A stretch of 63,470 bases of DNA, counting the filler, from Octopus bimaculoides (lineage: Eukaryota), in the NCBI RefSeq assembly GCF_001194135.2. It is 8 parts of 7 records of this genome, joined end to end, with 100 filler letters (N's around TTAATTAATTAA, not from the genome) between each part and the next. Parts side by side here need not be neighbours in the genome. Positions count along the whole stretch, not along the records: positions 1 to 7,916 come from NC_069005.1; positions 8,017 to 37,311 come from NC_068982.1; 6 more parts are not named here. One strand, given 5' to 3'. Position numbers and translations under genes: made by a program. The stretch's first letter is position 1. The number at the start of each line of letters is the position of its first letter. Below are positions 1 to 12,346 of the stretch, in pieces. The notes under the pieces are model-generated. The model searched no databases, was not told the DNA's origin, and saw only the letters and a list, made by a program, of their open reading frames with translations.

Positions 1-377
1 TGGGGGAAGAGGAGGAGGAGGGAAAAGAAGGGGAGGAAGAGTCAGTGGTGTTTGCTGAGGCGGCGGACGGGGGAGAGGTGATGGGGGAAGAATTCAAGGT
101 TGTGGTGGTGTTGCTGGTGTTGCTGTTGGCAGCAGAAGAAGCAGCAGCAGACAAGCCGCTGGCATCTTTGGAGTTTGTTTCGGAAATTTTGTGGAGGTTG
201 GTTTTGGAATATTTTTGATTATTGCCGTCTTTCAACTTCCAAGAAGAGGAGCAGTTTTCACGAGTCTTTCGATAGAAGGTTAAGGCATCCTCTTGCAACT
301 CTGTCGGAAGTGCCATATTATGTTCAAAATGAAGAAGCAATGCTTCACAAAGCATATGGATTTTTTCAAAAGAAGGC
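1..377 (-). CDS. LIMK1: LIM-domain kinase, last visible exon (end of kinase domain plus S/T/A/P-rich tail); open off the window edge
   Basis: Acceptor (T)n-cgtctttgacAG at 379-378. AG+G completes Arg, then PSFEKIHMLCEALLLHFEHNMALPTELQEDALTFYRKTRENC...NSSPITSPPSAAS... with no stop down to position 1. Matches LIMK subdomain XI (RPSF.KL). LIMK1 vs LIMK2 cannot be resolved (invertebrates usually have one LIMK). Confidence 0.88.
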
Positions 378-564
378 CTGTCAAAGACGAAAAAAAAAAA
401 AAAAAACCGTATAAATATACATATATAAAGTCATAAATAACAGACAAAATTTTATTTAACAATAAGAAAATTCAAATATCATGACAAATTGTTTCATAAC
501 TTAAAAACATACTCTTTTACTCTTTTATTTGTTTGTCATTTGACTGTGGCCATGATGGAAGCAC

Positions 565-709
565 CACTAGCTGGTACTTATTTAATCGACCTCTGAAAGG
601 ATGAAAGGCAAAGTTGACCTCGGCGGAATTTGAACTCAGAACGTAGCGGCAGACGAAATACCGCTAAGCATTTCGCCCGGCGTGCTAACGTTTCTGCCAG
701 CTCTCCGCC
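565..709 (-). mobile_element. tRNA-derived SINE family B (body GACTTTGCCTTTCATCCTTTCGGGGTCGATAAAATAAGTACCAG)
   Basis: Many similar copies in the window: 1650-1915(-), 4555-4775(+), 7460-7890(+, tandem pair), and degraded ones near 12400, 18430-18870, 22340, 24020, 29860, 30200 and 32900. B-box-like GAGTTCAAATTCC. Confidence 0.8.
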
Positions 710-1145
710 TTTTCCACATAGTTTCCGTCTATCAAATTTGCTCACAAGGCATTGGTCAGCCCAAGGCTATACTACAAGACACTTGCCCAAGGTGCCATGC
801 AGTGGGACTGAACCTAAAGCTATGTGGTTGCAAATAGGCCCCTTATAATTCTGGTAAATAAAAACGTGTCCACGTAGGCGCAGGTGTGGCTGTGTGGTAA
901 GATGTAGGAACATGAAAGACATAATCCAAATGTTTGTAGCAGAGGATTAACTGCATCTGAAATACCCAAGAAAGAGGTAATGGTGTTCAACTCTATGTAA
1001 ATGACAGTTTAAGCCTTAGATCCAAGAACTCAGAATGTAGGAAGCTTGAACGAATACCACAAGGCATTTTGTGGTGATACTCTAACAATATCTATTGTAT
1101 TACGCTGGCTGACTGGAAGGTAAAAAAATGGTAAAATTGACTTAC

Positions 1146-1300
1146 CTGCTGTCTGGGTTGAGTTGGCAACACAAAAGACAAAGTTTGAAAAAGGCATTGG
1201 GGCAATCCTTGGCAAATTTACTGAGGAACACTTCAGCGTTCATACCAAAGTCATAGGTTCGTGGTAGGTAGTCTGGGTCAGCGACGACACGGCCAATGAT
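1146..1300 (-). CDS. LIMK1: LIMK kinase exon, subdomains IX-XI
   Basis: ttttccAG|IIGRVVADPDYLPRTYDFGMNAEVFLSKFAKDCPNAFFKLCLLCCQLNPDS(R)|GTAAGT. 155 nt, phase 0 to 2. The ADPDYLPRT.DFG.N motif is typical of LIMK/TESK. Confidence 0.95.
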
Positions 1301-1326
1301 CTGGAAAAGGCAGAGAAAATTGTTTT

Positions 1327-1361
<35 letters not shown>

Positions 1362-1609
1362 CATCATCATCATCATCATCGTTTAATGTCCACTTTCCAT
1401 GCTAGCATGGGTTGGACGATTTGACTGAGGACTGGTGAAACCAGATGGCTACACCAGGCTCCAATCTGATTTGGCAGAATTTCTACAGCTGGATGCCCTC
1501 CCTAACACCAACCACTCAGAGAGTGTAGTGGGTGCTTTTACGTGNNNNNNNNNNNNNNNNNNNNNNNNNNNNNNNNNNNNNNNNNNNNGCACAAGAGCCA
1601 GTCCAGGGG

Positions 1610-1645
<36 letters not shown>

Positions 1646-1915
1646 TTATTTATTGTCCATAGAGGGGACAAAGAAGGACAGACAAAGGGATTAAGTTGAT
1701 TACATTGATCCTAGTGCGTAACTGGTACTTATTTTATCGACCCTGAAAGGATGAAATGCAAAGTTAACCGTGGTAGAATTTGAACTCAGAACACGAAGAC
1801 AGATGAAATGCTGTGAAATGCTTTACCCAGCCAGCTAACGATTCTTAAAAACGAGTTCAAATTTTGGCACAGGGCCAGCCAAAACCATGCTAACGATTCT
1901 GCCAGCTCACCACTT

Positions 1916-1953
<38 letters not shown>

Positions 1954-2009
1954 CATCCTTTCTACTATAGGTACAAGGCCTGAAATTTTGGGGGAGGGGA
2001 CAATTACTA

Positions 2010-2276
<267 letters not shown>

Positions 2277-2471
2277 CTAGAAGACAATGGGGCGAAAGGA
2301 AAAATAAAATAAAATAAAAATAAAGCAACAATAAATAATGTTGTTGTCATTGCTGTTCAACTCCCAGGGGCTGAACTGGGCTAAACAACAAAAACCCCCT
2401 CACCAACAAAATCTCAAAAAAACCCCCCAAAAAAATGAATAAAATTATTTTTAAAAAAACCGAAAACATAC

Positions 2472-2537
2472 CTCTTTTACTAAACAATTTTGGGAGTTCA
2501 AGTCTCGGTGGATTATGTCCATGGAATGTAAATATTC
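2472..2537 (-). CDS. LIMK1: LIMK kinase exon, catalytic loop
   Basis: ttacAG|EYLHSMDIIHRDLNSQNCLVKE|GTATG. 66 nt. HRDLN is the LIMK-type catalytic loop. Confidence 0.97.
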
Positions 2538-3228
2538 CTGTAAAGATATAAGAATATGAGAATAAAGAACTTGGATTTAGTTTTTTGCTTTCATTCTTGA
2601 TGCTCTAACGATTCTGCAAGACAATCTGGAAAGGAGGAAGCAGAAGAATTTAATTGACTACTACAGGATTTGAACTGAAATCGCTGTGATGATAATTATA
2701 AATGAATCAAATACACACAGACACACAGAATGTCATGTAAAAGCTAGATTCAAATGGAGAACATTTATACGCAAGTATTTCCATTTAAGAAAGGAGGAGT
2801 GAGAAGTAAGAATTGTAGAGAGTCGGAGGGAAGAAATACAGAGAGCAAGTGAGAAAAGGAAGAGAAAGTATGGGAGGGAGGGGAGTGTGAGATGTAAAGG
2901 AGGGAGAGAGAGGAAGAGAGAAAGAAAGTGGAAGCCGGTTTCAATCGTTTCTTACGTCCCAGATTTTCTTATTAAAGAAAGAAAATCTATTTTCATCCAC
3001 AAAAACCTCTTCACGTGTTTAACCTGGTTGGTTTAGTTTATTTCTAGAACAATTACAACACACACACATATAGAATTTCTCCTGTTTGCCATGGGAAATA
3101 TGCAGCTAAATGTCCCAAGAATGGAAAAATTGTGAAAGACAAAACAATAGTTAACAACAGGGAAAGTTAGAGTTAACATATTTAACGTTTGGCACACTAA
3201 AGAGCTGACTAGAAAATATGCGATCAGT

Positions 3229-3294
<66 letters not shown>

Positions 3295-3649
3295 CATACA
3301 TGTGCGTGTTGTATATTCACGTAACAAAAAGAATGGAGGGAGAACTACAATTGAGAACAATGCATGGAAACAGTCGATGTGGATGTATTCAGAAATTTCA
3401 TTTTAATCAATTAATTAATGTATGTGCATCTGTATATATATATTATGCGTACACGTTTTTGTAAGTATGTATAGGAGAGAAGGAAGGTGGTGGTGGTGAT
3501 TGTGGTCAAGTGACGCTTGTTAAGTTCTTGCAGGTCACACTCCTAGACTTGTGAGTTTGATGCAAATGACTCCCAGCTCGGGTCTCATGCATGTTAACCA
3601 ACGTGTGTAGAATGGAAGTAACTGATGAAGGGTTGTGAAGGGCAGTGCG

Positions 3650-3825
3650 CACGAGACGATGCTAGGCGTGCCACGAGACGATGCTAGGCGTGCCACGAGA
3701 CGATGCTAGGCGTGCCACGAGACGATGCTAGGTGTGCCATGAGACGATGCTAGGTGTGCCACAAGACGATGCTAGGTATGCCACGAGACGATGCTAGGTG
3801 TGCCACGAGACGATGCTAGGTGTGC
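3650..3825. repeat. 22-bp minisatellite, 8 copies (CACGAGACGATGCTAGG(C/T)GTGC)
   Basis: Units start at 3650, 3672, 3694, 3716, 3738, 3760, 3782 and 3804. Lies in a LIMK intron. Confidence 0.97.
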
Positions 3826-4169
3826 CGTAGTGTAACCTGTATATAATTTTTTTTCTTATACTTTTAGTTATATTTTTAGTTCAGGTGTGCTGCCAAATTT
3901 TGAAAAGAATATAAGTGAACTGCAAGTGGAAAAGGTTGCAGAGCCCTGGTGTAGGGTGAACGCTTGAAATGGAGTAAACTGTGCTATTTGCCAAAGACTC
4001 CCCAATGTTCAGGTGATGGTAGGAGTGCCGAATTTGGTATTATGGAGGGCCTACCTTCTAAAAAGAAAGGAATCAAAGTAGGTAGGTGAGGGAACAGTTT
4101 GAGCCCCGAGTGCTGAATCCCTTGCAACAGAATGGACCTTGCAGTCAGCTAACTCTTTAGCATTCAGAT

Positions 4170-4520
4170 TACTGTCAAAAGTAAAGAACCCCTTCGATGA
4201 TGAATGCCATGGGATTACACCTAGAAAGTTACCCTCTGAGGCACAAGTCTGTTCAATGTTGTTTATGGAAGACCAGCAGTCACCCATGCATACCGGCCTC
4301 CCCTCTCCATGCCACTGATTTTATCGAAGGGAAAGGCAAAGGGGCCGATACAGCTTGGCACCAGTGACATCCAAATTCATTTCTACAGCTGAGTGAATTG
4401 GAGCAACGTGAAATAAAGTGTCTTGCTCAAGAACACAACAGGCAGCCCGGTCCAGGATTCGAACTCACAACCCCACGATCGTAAGTTTGATGCTCTGACC
4501 ACTGAGCCATGCACCTTCAC
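4170..4520 (-). mobile_element. tRNA-derived SINE family E (CORE-like block CTTGAGCAAGACACTTTATTTCACGTTGCTCCA), tail type 3
   Basis: A box TGGCTCAGTGG and B box GAGTTCGAATCC on the minus strand. The same tail occurs alone at about 6135-6270. Confidence 0.75.
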
Positions 4521-5785
4521 TACTACTACTATTATTATTATTATTATTATTATTAAGATGGTGAGCTGGTTAAATTGTTAGTACACTAGGCAAAATGTTT
4601 ATCGTCTTTATGCAAAGCAAAGTGTTTATTGTCATCCGTCTGTACATTTTGATTTTGCCTTTCATCCTTTTGGGGTCAATGAAATAAGTACCAGTTACAC
4701 ACTGGTGTCGATGTAATCGACTAGTCCCTCCCTACCCCCAAAATTTCAGGTCTTGTATCTACAGTAGAAAGGATTATTATTATTATTATTATTATTATTA
4801 TAATAAAATTTTCAGGAAGCGGAAAAACAAATCTCCAACAATAGAAAACAGACAAGTTCCCACCTAAGTTTTGTATTTTTTTGTTTTGTGTCTTTAGTTT
4901 TGTTTCCATTTGTTTTTGTTGCTTTTTCAAACCTGATCAAAACTTATTCATCAGCTCAAGCAAACATCATGGCTGGCATTTAGCAAGAGAAGAGGAAGAA
5001 AACCGTTACCACCACAACGGTTCAGACGTTGTTACTCAGACAGAGGTTTCTGGTCACTGGTTCTATTTATAGTCGAAACTCCAGCTTATCTTTCCATAAC
5101 CAAATTCACTGAGACAATCAAATTTCTCCCACTGGTAAATTTATACAACTACTTTGCTATTGTGCAATGCCTTGATTTTCATCTCTATCCACAAGCATTC
5201 ATAGGTTAGCAACTCAAAGAGCTAGCCTTTAGGAAAATGCTTGAGCTGCTAAAGATAGCAGCTGTGTTTCTCTCATAATCACACCACCACCACCACCATT
5301 ATTGTTTTGTCTGCTTTTTCAATGTTGCCAGGGGTTGGACGAGACTTTTCAAGACAGTATTTTAGATTATAGTGTGTGACAAAGCTGTGCTTTTTGAAAT
5401 ACAGGAATTCCCAACAAGTTTCTATAAAACCCCTTAACTGACCCACTCAGTTAAGAGGTCTTCTCTTATAAGCTGCTTGGTGACCTCACTGGTGTTGGTG
5501 CCATATAAAAAAACACTCTGTACCCTCTGTAGAGTGGTTGGTGTTAGGGAGGGCATCTGGCCGTAGAAACCATGCTGAAACAGAGCCGTGTGGCTCACCA
5601 GCTTCTATCAAACACAGTTCAACCCATACTCACATGGAAAAGCATGGAGAACAAATGTTAAATGAGTGATAACAATGAGAGAGGCGGAGGAGGAAGAGAG
5701 AGAGAGGGAGGAGGAAGAGAGGAGAGAGGGAGGAGGATGAGGAGGAGAGAGAAAGGAAGAGATGAGAAGGTTGAACATAACTTAC

Positions 5786-5889
5786 CATTCCTGCTGCTAT
5801 GTCTTTGCACATTTTTACCCGTCTCTCCCAGGTCAGAGTGATTGTCAAGTCGTGTAAGAAGTCTTTTACAGTTCCACCAGAGATATATT
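5786..5889 (-). CDS. LIMK1: LIMK kinase exon, subdomains V-VIa
   Basis: ttttcAG|(E)YISGGTVKDFLHDLTITLTWERRVKMCKDIAAGM|GTAAG. 104 nt, phase 1 to 0, consistent with both neighbouring exons. Confidence 0.95.
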
Positions 5890-6985
5890 CTGAAAATGAA
5901 CCAAGGTAAACGTTTTAGACAATGCTTCTAATGAAACACACATCACAGCATCTCGTCTGAACTCAGAGTTATTCTTGTAACTCTGAGTATAAGGGGCTGC
6001 ATTGGTAAGGAGTACAACAGACATAGTCTTGGCAAACAAGGAGACCCATGTATATTCTTTGATACTTACCATTCTCTATTTTCTATACAGCTTTTATTTG
6101 TTTTACATTTAGTTTCCAGGTGGGATGGGTAAAGGGTAAAAGACCCTCTTTGGTCAAGAACGACCGTGGAATTGCACCTAGGTTACCTCAGAGCAAGGCA
6201 CAAATCTGGGCAAAGTTGTTTATGGAAGACCAGCAGTTGCCCATGCATACCAGCCTCCCTTCTCCAATGTTAGTCGAACAAATCGATCCCAGGTCTTATT
6301 CTTTGTAAGCCTAGTACTTATTCTATCGGTCTCTTTTTGCCAAACAGCTGAGTTACAGGGACGCAAACACACCAACACTGGTTGTCAAGCGATGGTGGGT
6401 GGGGACAAATAAAGACACACAAACATAAATATANNNNNNNNNNNNNNNNNNNNNNNNNNNNNNNNNNNNNNNNNNNNNNNNNNNNNNNNNNNNNNNNNNN
6501 NNNNNNNNNNNNNNNNNNNNNNNNNNNNNNNNNNNNNNNNNNNNNNNNNNNNNNNNNNNNNNNNNNNNNNNNNNNNNNNNNNNNNNNNNNNNNNNNNNNN
6601 NNNNNNNNNNNNNNNNNNNNNNNNNNNNNNNNNNNNNNNNNNNNNNNNNNNNNNNNNNNNNNNNNNNNNNNNNNNNNNNNNNNNNNNNNNNNNNNNNNNN
6701 NNNNNNNNNNNNNNNNNNNNNNNNNNNNNNNNNNNNNNNNNNNNNNNNNNNNNNNNNNNNNNNNNNNNNNNNNNNNNNATATATATATATATATATAAAT
6801 TGAAGTGCACAGCATTATATCCATTACTGCCAATCTTACCAATAGGTTTTGCACCAGGGGTTCAACGTAGTGTTAGGTAAAAATCTGATTATGTAACCCT
6901 GTGCTCCTCAGAGGTAGCCGTTATGGAATGAAATATGGTGACTGCTCTCTATTGTTGGAGGTGCATAGATTGCCAGCTTCTGTCA

Positions 6986-7890
<905 letters not shown>

Positions 7891-7916
7891 AAGAAATAAG
7901 AATACATGAACAAACC

Positions 7917-8016
7917 NNNNNNNNNNNNNNNNNNNNNNNNNNNNNNNNNNNNNNNNNNNNTTAATTAATTAANNNNNNNNNNNNNNNNNNNNNNNNNNNN
8001 NNNNNNNNNNNNNNNN
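7917..8016. other. Assembly linker: 44 N + TTAATTAATTAA + 44 N (unknown-size join)
   Basis: The identical 100-bp cassette is centred at 7961, 37356, 39743, 47626, 53675, 58155 and 61152. The 12-mer encodes stops in all six frames. Confidence 0.95.
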
Positions 8017-8082
<66 letters not shown>

Positions 8083-8578
8083 TCCTTCGTGTACATAAAC
8101 GTGCAAATACAGCCAAACAGACACAATCATATGCATGTGTGTGTGTGTATGTGTGTGTGTTCACATGCACACATACAACATATGCACATATATGTAGATA
8201 CACACATAAATATATGTATTCATATATATAAGTGTATGTGTGTTTGCATATATACATATATGAAAGAACTTAAGGACTTCTTAAGGCAAATGCACTGCAT
8301 TTAGCATGGAGAAAAAATTCTGTCTTATTGTGAAAGGTGTAAAAATACCATATCTGTCCAGTATTGCTCTCTTTTCAGATTCCCCTGCTTCTAACTTTTT
8401 AGCTGTTATCAAAAGTATTTCCCATTGATAATGGCTAAGAAGTTAGAAACACAGCATCTCCATGGTAACTGCACTGAATTTTCCTTTAGAAGTTGAAATA
8501 TGTCACAAACATATTTGAACTAGCTTAAAGTTCACTTATGCCTAAACACTGCTTGTCACAGGTACTGATAAATATATA

Positions 8579-8860
8579 CAGGGGTTGGACAAAATAATGG
8601 AAACACCTAGCATCATAGCATCATAATTTTGAAATATCTATAAAACTGTCAAAAGATTGTTTATTTTTATGTTTTTTGATTTAATATTAGTGTTGCTTAA
8701 AATGTTTTGCTAAAATTGCTGTTTCTTTATCAGAAAAAGGTAATTAAGATTCATTAAAATGATAGATCTATTGGACTTTCAATTGTTGGTGTTTGTATGG
8801 CAGGCACTAGCATAATGAAAACAGCCAAAGTGTTTGGTGTATCAAGAAGTACTGTCATAC
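8579..8860 (+). mobile_element. Tc1-like DNA transposon, 5' fragment
   Basis: TA|CAGGGGTTGGACAAAATAATGGAAACACC terminus, followed by a decayed HTH reading IVGVCMAGTSIMKTAKVFGVSRSTV. Confidence 0.75.
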
Positions 8861-9099
8861 AAAGGGGTAATTTGGATTCCACATGTGCTTACACTTGAAA
8901 ACGGAACACAACGTTCCACCATCTNNNNNNNNNNNNNNNNNNNNNNNNNNNNNNNNNNNNNNNNNNNNNNNNNNNNNNNNNNNNNNNNNNNNNNNNNNNN
9001 NNNNNNNNNNNNNNNNNNNNNNNNATGGAAAGCGGACGTTAAACGACGATGATGATGATGATGATGATGATTATAAAGAGACAGTGATGAGTTGTTGAA

Positions 9100-9335
9100 C
9101 GTATTCATAGGTGTGTTTGATGGCATTGAGCTGAGCATGATGACAGTGTCCTTGTGTTTTGTATATTCTGCACAGAAAATAAGGCATATTTACAGGGACG
9201 ATGGATTGTTCATCTCTCTGAATATAAATGGACATAAATCAAATAAAATTAGCAAAGATTTAATTAACCTTTTCAGTAGTATGGGCTCAAAGACTGCAAT
9301 GGAAAGTTAGTATAGTAAATTTTCTTGATATTACT
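9100..9335 (+). mobile_element. Penelope-like RT fragment
   Basis: IYRDDGLFISLN...SKDLINLFSSMG..T.MES*...FLDITL contains the PLE RT YRDDG motif and the FLD motif. It is interrupted by a TTAA MITE. Confidence 0.65.
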
Positions 9336-9565
9336 TTAGCTCTTTAGCATTCAGATTACTCTGTCAAATGTTATGTCTGTTTATTCACATAGTTTTGAAT
9401 TCACCATGTATTACTTTGTAACTTTGAGGTTTCAATGATGTGATTCTCTGTTTTTAAATTGACTTTCTAGAATAGGTGTGAGAGGCCAGATCTGACCAAT
9501 TTAAAACATAAAACAGATAGAATATTTAGGCTGGATATGGCTGGTTTTAAATGCTAAAAGGTTAA
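9336..9565 (+). mobile_element. About 230-bp MITE with TTAACCCTTTAGCATT-type ends (piggyBac-like)
   Basis: Ends are inverted copies (..CTCTTTAGCATT / AATGCTAAAAGGTTAA). Homologous copies at 15543-15784 and 30474-30701 (opposite orientation). Confidence 0.75.
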
Positions 9566-10517
9566 AGTTACAGACTAGCAGGTTTACCCTTACTAGAAGA
9601 CAAGCATGAAAGTATTCTTCATAAATAAAACTTTAACCACTCATCTAGCATTATTTGGGATTTAGTTTCCAATATAAGTAAATGAGTGGAGGTGCAATGG
9701 CCCAGTGGTTAGGGCAGCGGACTCACAGTCATAGGATCATGGTTTTGATTCCCAGACCGGACGTTGTGAGTGTTTCTTGAGCGAAAACACCTAAAGCTCC
9801 ACGAGGCTCCAGCAGGGGATGGTGGCGAACCCTGCTGTACTCCTTCTCCACAACTTTCTCTCACTCTTACTTCCTGTTTCTGTTGTGCCTGTAATTCAAA
9901 GGGTCAGCCTTGTCACACTGTGTCACGCTGAATATCCCCCGAGAACTACGTTAAGGGCACACGTGTCTGTGGAGTGCTCAGNNNNNNNNNNNNNNNNNNN
10001 NNNNNNNNNNNNNNNNNNNNNNNNNNNNNNNNNNNNNNNNNNNNNNNNNNNNNNNNNNNNNNNNNNNNNNNNNNNNNNNNNNNNNNNNNNNNNNNNNNNN
10101 NNNNNNNNNNNNNNNNNNNNNNNNNNNNNNNNNNNNNNNNNNNNNNNNNNNNNNNNNNNNNNNNNNNNNNNNNNNNNNNNNNNNNNNNNNNNNNNNNNNN
10201 NNNNNNNNNNNNNNNNNNNNNNNNNNNNNNNNNNNNNNNNNNNNNNNNNNNNNNNNNNNNNNNNNNNNNNNNNNNNNNNNNNNNNNNNNNNNNNNNNNNN
10301 NNNNNNNNNNNNNNNNNNNNNNNNNNNNNNNNNNNNNNNNNNNNNNNNNNNNNNNNNNNNNNNNNNNNNNNNNNNNNNNNNNNNNNNNNNNNNNNNNNNN
10401 NNNNNNNNNNNNNNNNNNNNNNNNNNNNNNNNNNNNNNNNNNNNNNNNNNNNNNNNNNNNNNNNNNNNNNNNNNNNNNNNNNNNNNNNNNNNNNNNNNNN
10501 NNNNNNNNNNNNNNNNN

Positions 10518-10581
<64 letters not shown>

Positions 10582-10799
10582 TGTGTGTGTCTGTGTTTGT
10601 CCCCCCACCATTACTTGATAGCTGATGCTGATATATTAATGTCCCTGTAACTTAGTGGTTTGGCAAAAAAGACTGATAGAATAAGTACTAAGCTTACAAA
10701 GAATAAATCCTGGGGTTAATTTGTTTGACTAAAACCCTTCATGGTGGTGCTCCAATATGGCCACAGTCAAATGATTGAAATAAATAAAAGAATAAAAGA

Positions 10800-10990
10800 A
10801 TCTAACTCTAAACCTCCCTCAAACTGCTACTCTCTGGAACTCACCCCCATTGTCTTGTTTTCCTCTGAGCTATGATATTCAATCGTTTAAGCTTTCTGTC
10901 AATTGATATCATTTGAATTTGTAAGACCCCTTCTTTTCCATTCTTTGTAGTCCCCTTACTCTACAGTGGCCTCAGGGACAAAATCACTAC
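10800..10990 (+). mobile_element. CR1/L2-clade LINE 3' end remnant
   Basis: TLWNSPPLSCFPLSYDIQSFKLSVN resembles the LWNSLP..VFP..YD...FK C-terminus of L2-type ORF2. Confidence 0.5.
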
Positions 10991-11410
10991 AAAATAATGT
11001 AAAGATTAATTAAGGAAATTCTCTAATTCAGTTTTTCTGCATTTCTCCAGGGGAAGTTGATATTGTAAGGCTCTCTGTTTAACCTCATGCTTTTAATTGG
11101 TTTGATTCCAACAATCTTCCTTTAGATGGTAATTGCTTGGCAGAAGAATTTCTGTCTTGGAACTAAAGCTATTGTTCTAAGGAAAATTATCTGATTTTTG
11201 TTTTTACTATCATGAGTTTCTACGTCAATCCTTTAGCCTTTATGAGCTGAAGTGTCATGAACCAAAAATGGGGTGTTTGCTGAGACAACAAGGGAATCTG
11301 TGTGTGAGTCAGTGAGCAAACTTTTACATGAACCTTTGATCTGCTAGAAACTGCAGTTAAATATCCTTCAAACCATACAACTTTGAGAAAAAAAAAAAAC
11401 CTAATAAGGT

Positions 11411-11805
11411 GTAGGTATGGCTATGTGGTAAGAAGCTTGCTTCCCAAACACATGGCTCTGGGTTCAGTCCCACTGCGTGGCACCTTGGGCAAGTGTCGTC
11501 TACTATAGACTCCGGCCAACCAAAGCCTTGTGAGTGGATTTGATAGATGGAAACTGAAAGAAGCCCATCGTATATATGTATATATATCTATGTGTGTGTC
11601 TGTGTTTGTCCTCCCCCATAACCACTTGACAACTGGTGTAGGTGTGTTTATGTCCCTGTAACTTAGCAGCTTAGCAAAAGACACTGATAGAATAAGTACC
11701 AAGCTTAAAAAAATAAGTCCCCTGGTCGATTTGTTTGACTAAAAGGTGGTGCTCCAGCATGGCTGTAGTCACATTACTGAAACAAGTAATAGAATAAAAG
11801 AATAA
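11411..11805 (+). mobile_element. tRNA-derived SINE family A (GTGGCTGTGTGGTAAGAAGCTTGCTTCCCAA...; internal (TA)/(TG) microsatellite)
   Basis: A/B-box-like head (GGTTCAGTCCC) and a conserved tail ending GAAACAAGTAAAAGAATAAAAG. Further copies at 710-840(-), 25035-25312(-), 25570-25955(+), 32110-32235(-), 39420-39590(+), 53290-53410(+), 57888-58090(+) and 61505-61655(-). Confidence 0.85.
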
Positions 11806-12296
11806 TGCTGTGACATGTTAGCTTAGAACTTGGCGAAATGTACTTCTGTATACAGGGGCATCAATAATATCCAGCCACCTATTTTCCTTTGAAAACCCCA
11901 AGAAACTATTATTATGCATACTAAACCCGTCTTGCTCTACATCCCCACCCCATACACATGATCAAAAAAGTTCTTGAACTTGCTACCATTACTTGGCATC
12001 ACAGCCATAAATGGTCTCACATGGCCATGCCATGCCTAAAATATTATAAAACTTAACTCCAGGTTTCCTCGTTAGAATTAGAAAATATTTAATCTCTAAT
12101 CAATTGATGGTACTTCATAATGATGCTCATTAGTGACCCATATTAAAGTATTGATCACATATTTACAAGACTGCTACTAAACATAGTCAAATATGCTAGA
12201 ACTGCTTTCTGTAGGAACACCATCGAACTGAGTGGTAATGATCTGCTCATCAACATACTGCAACCACTAACTCATGCCTGTACTTCTACTACTACT

Positions 12297-12346
<50 letters not shown>

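Noticed and set aside
3650-3825. CRISPR-like array
   Set aside because: The units are contiguous with no unique spacers, the context is a eukaryotic intron, and there are no cas genes.
4935-5205. About 90-codon open + frame antisense within a LIMK intron containing KRRGRKP (AT-hook-like)
   Set aside because: No start codon, no homology recognised, and an open frame this long can occur by chance in 63 kb.
7961-7972. Recurrent TTAATTAATTAA palindrome (7 copies) as a regulatory or recombination site
   Set aside because: It is always centred in an identical 44N-12-44N cassette, so it is an assembly linker and not biological sequence.
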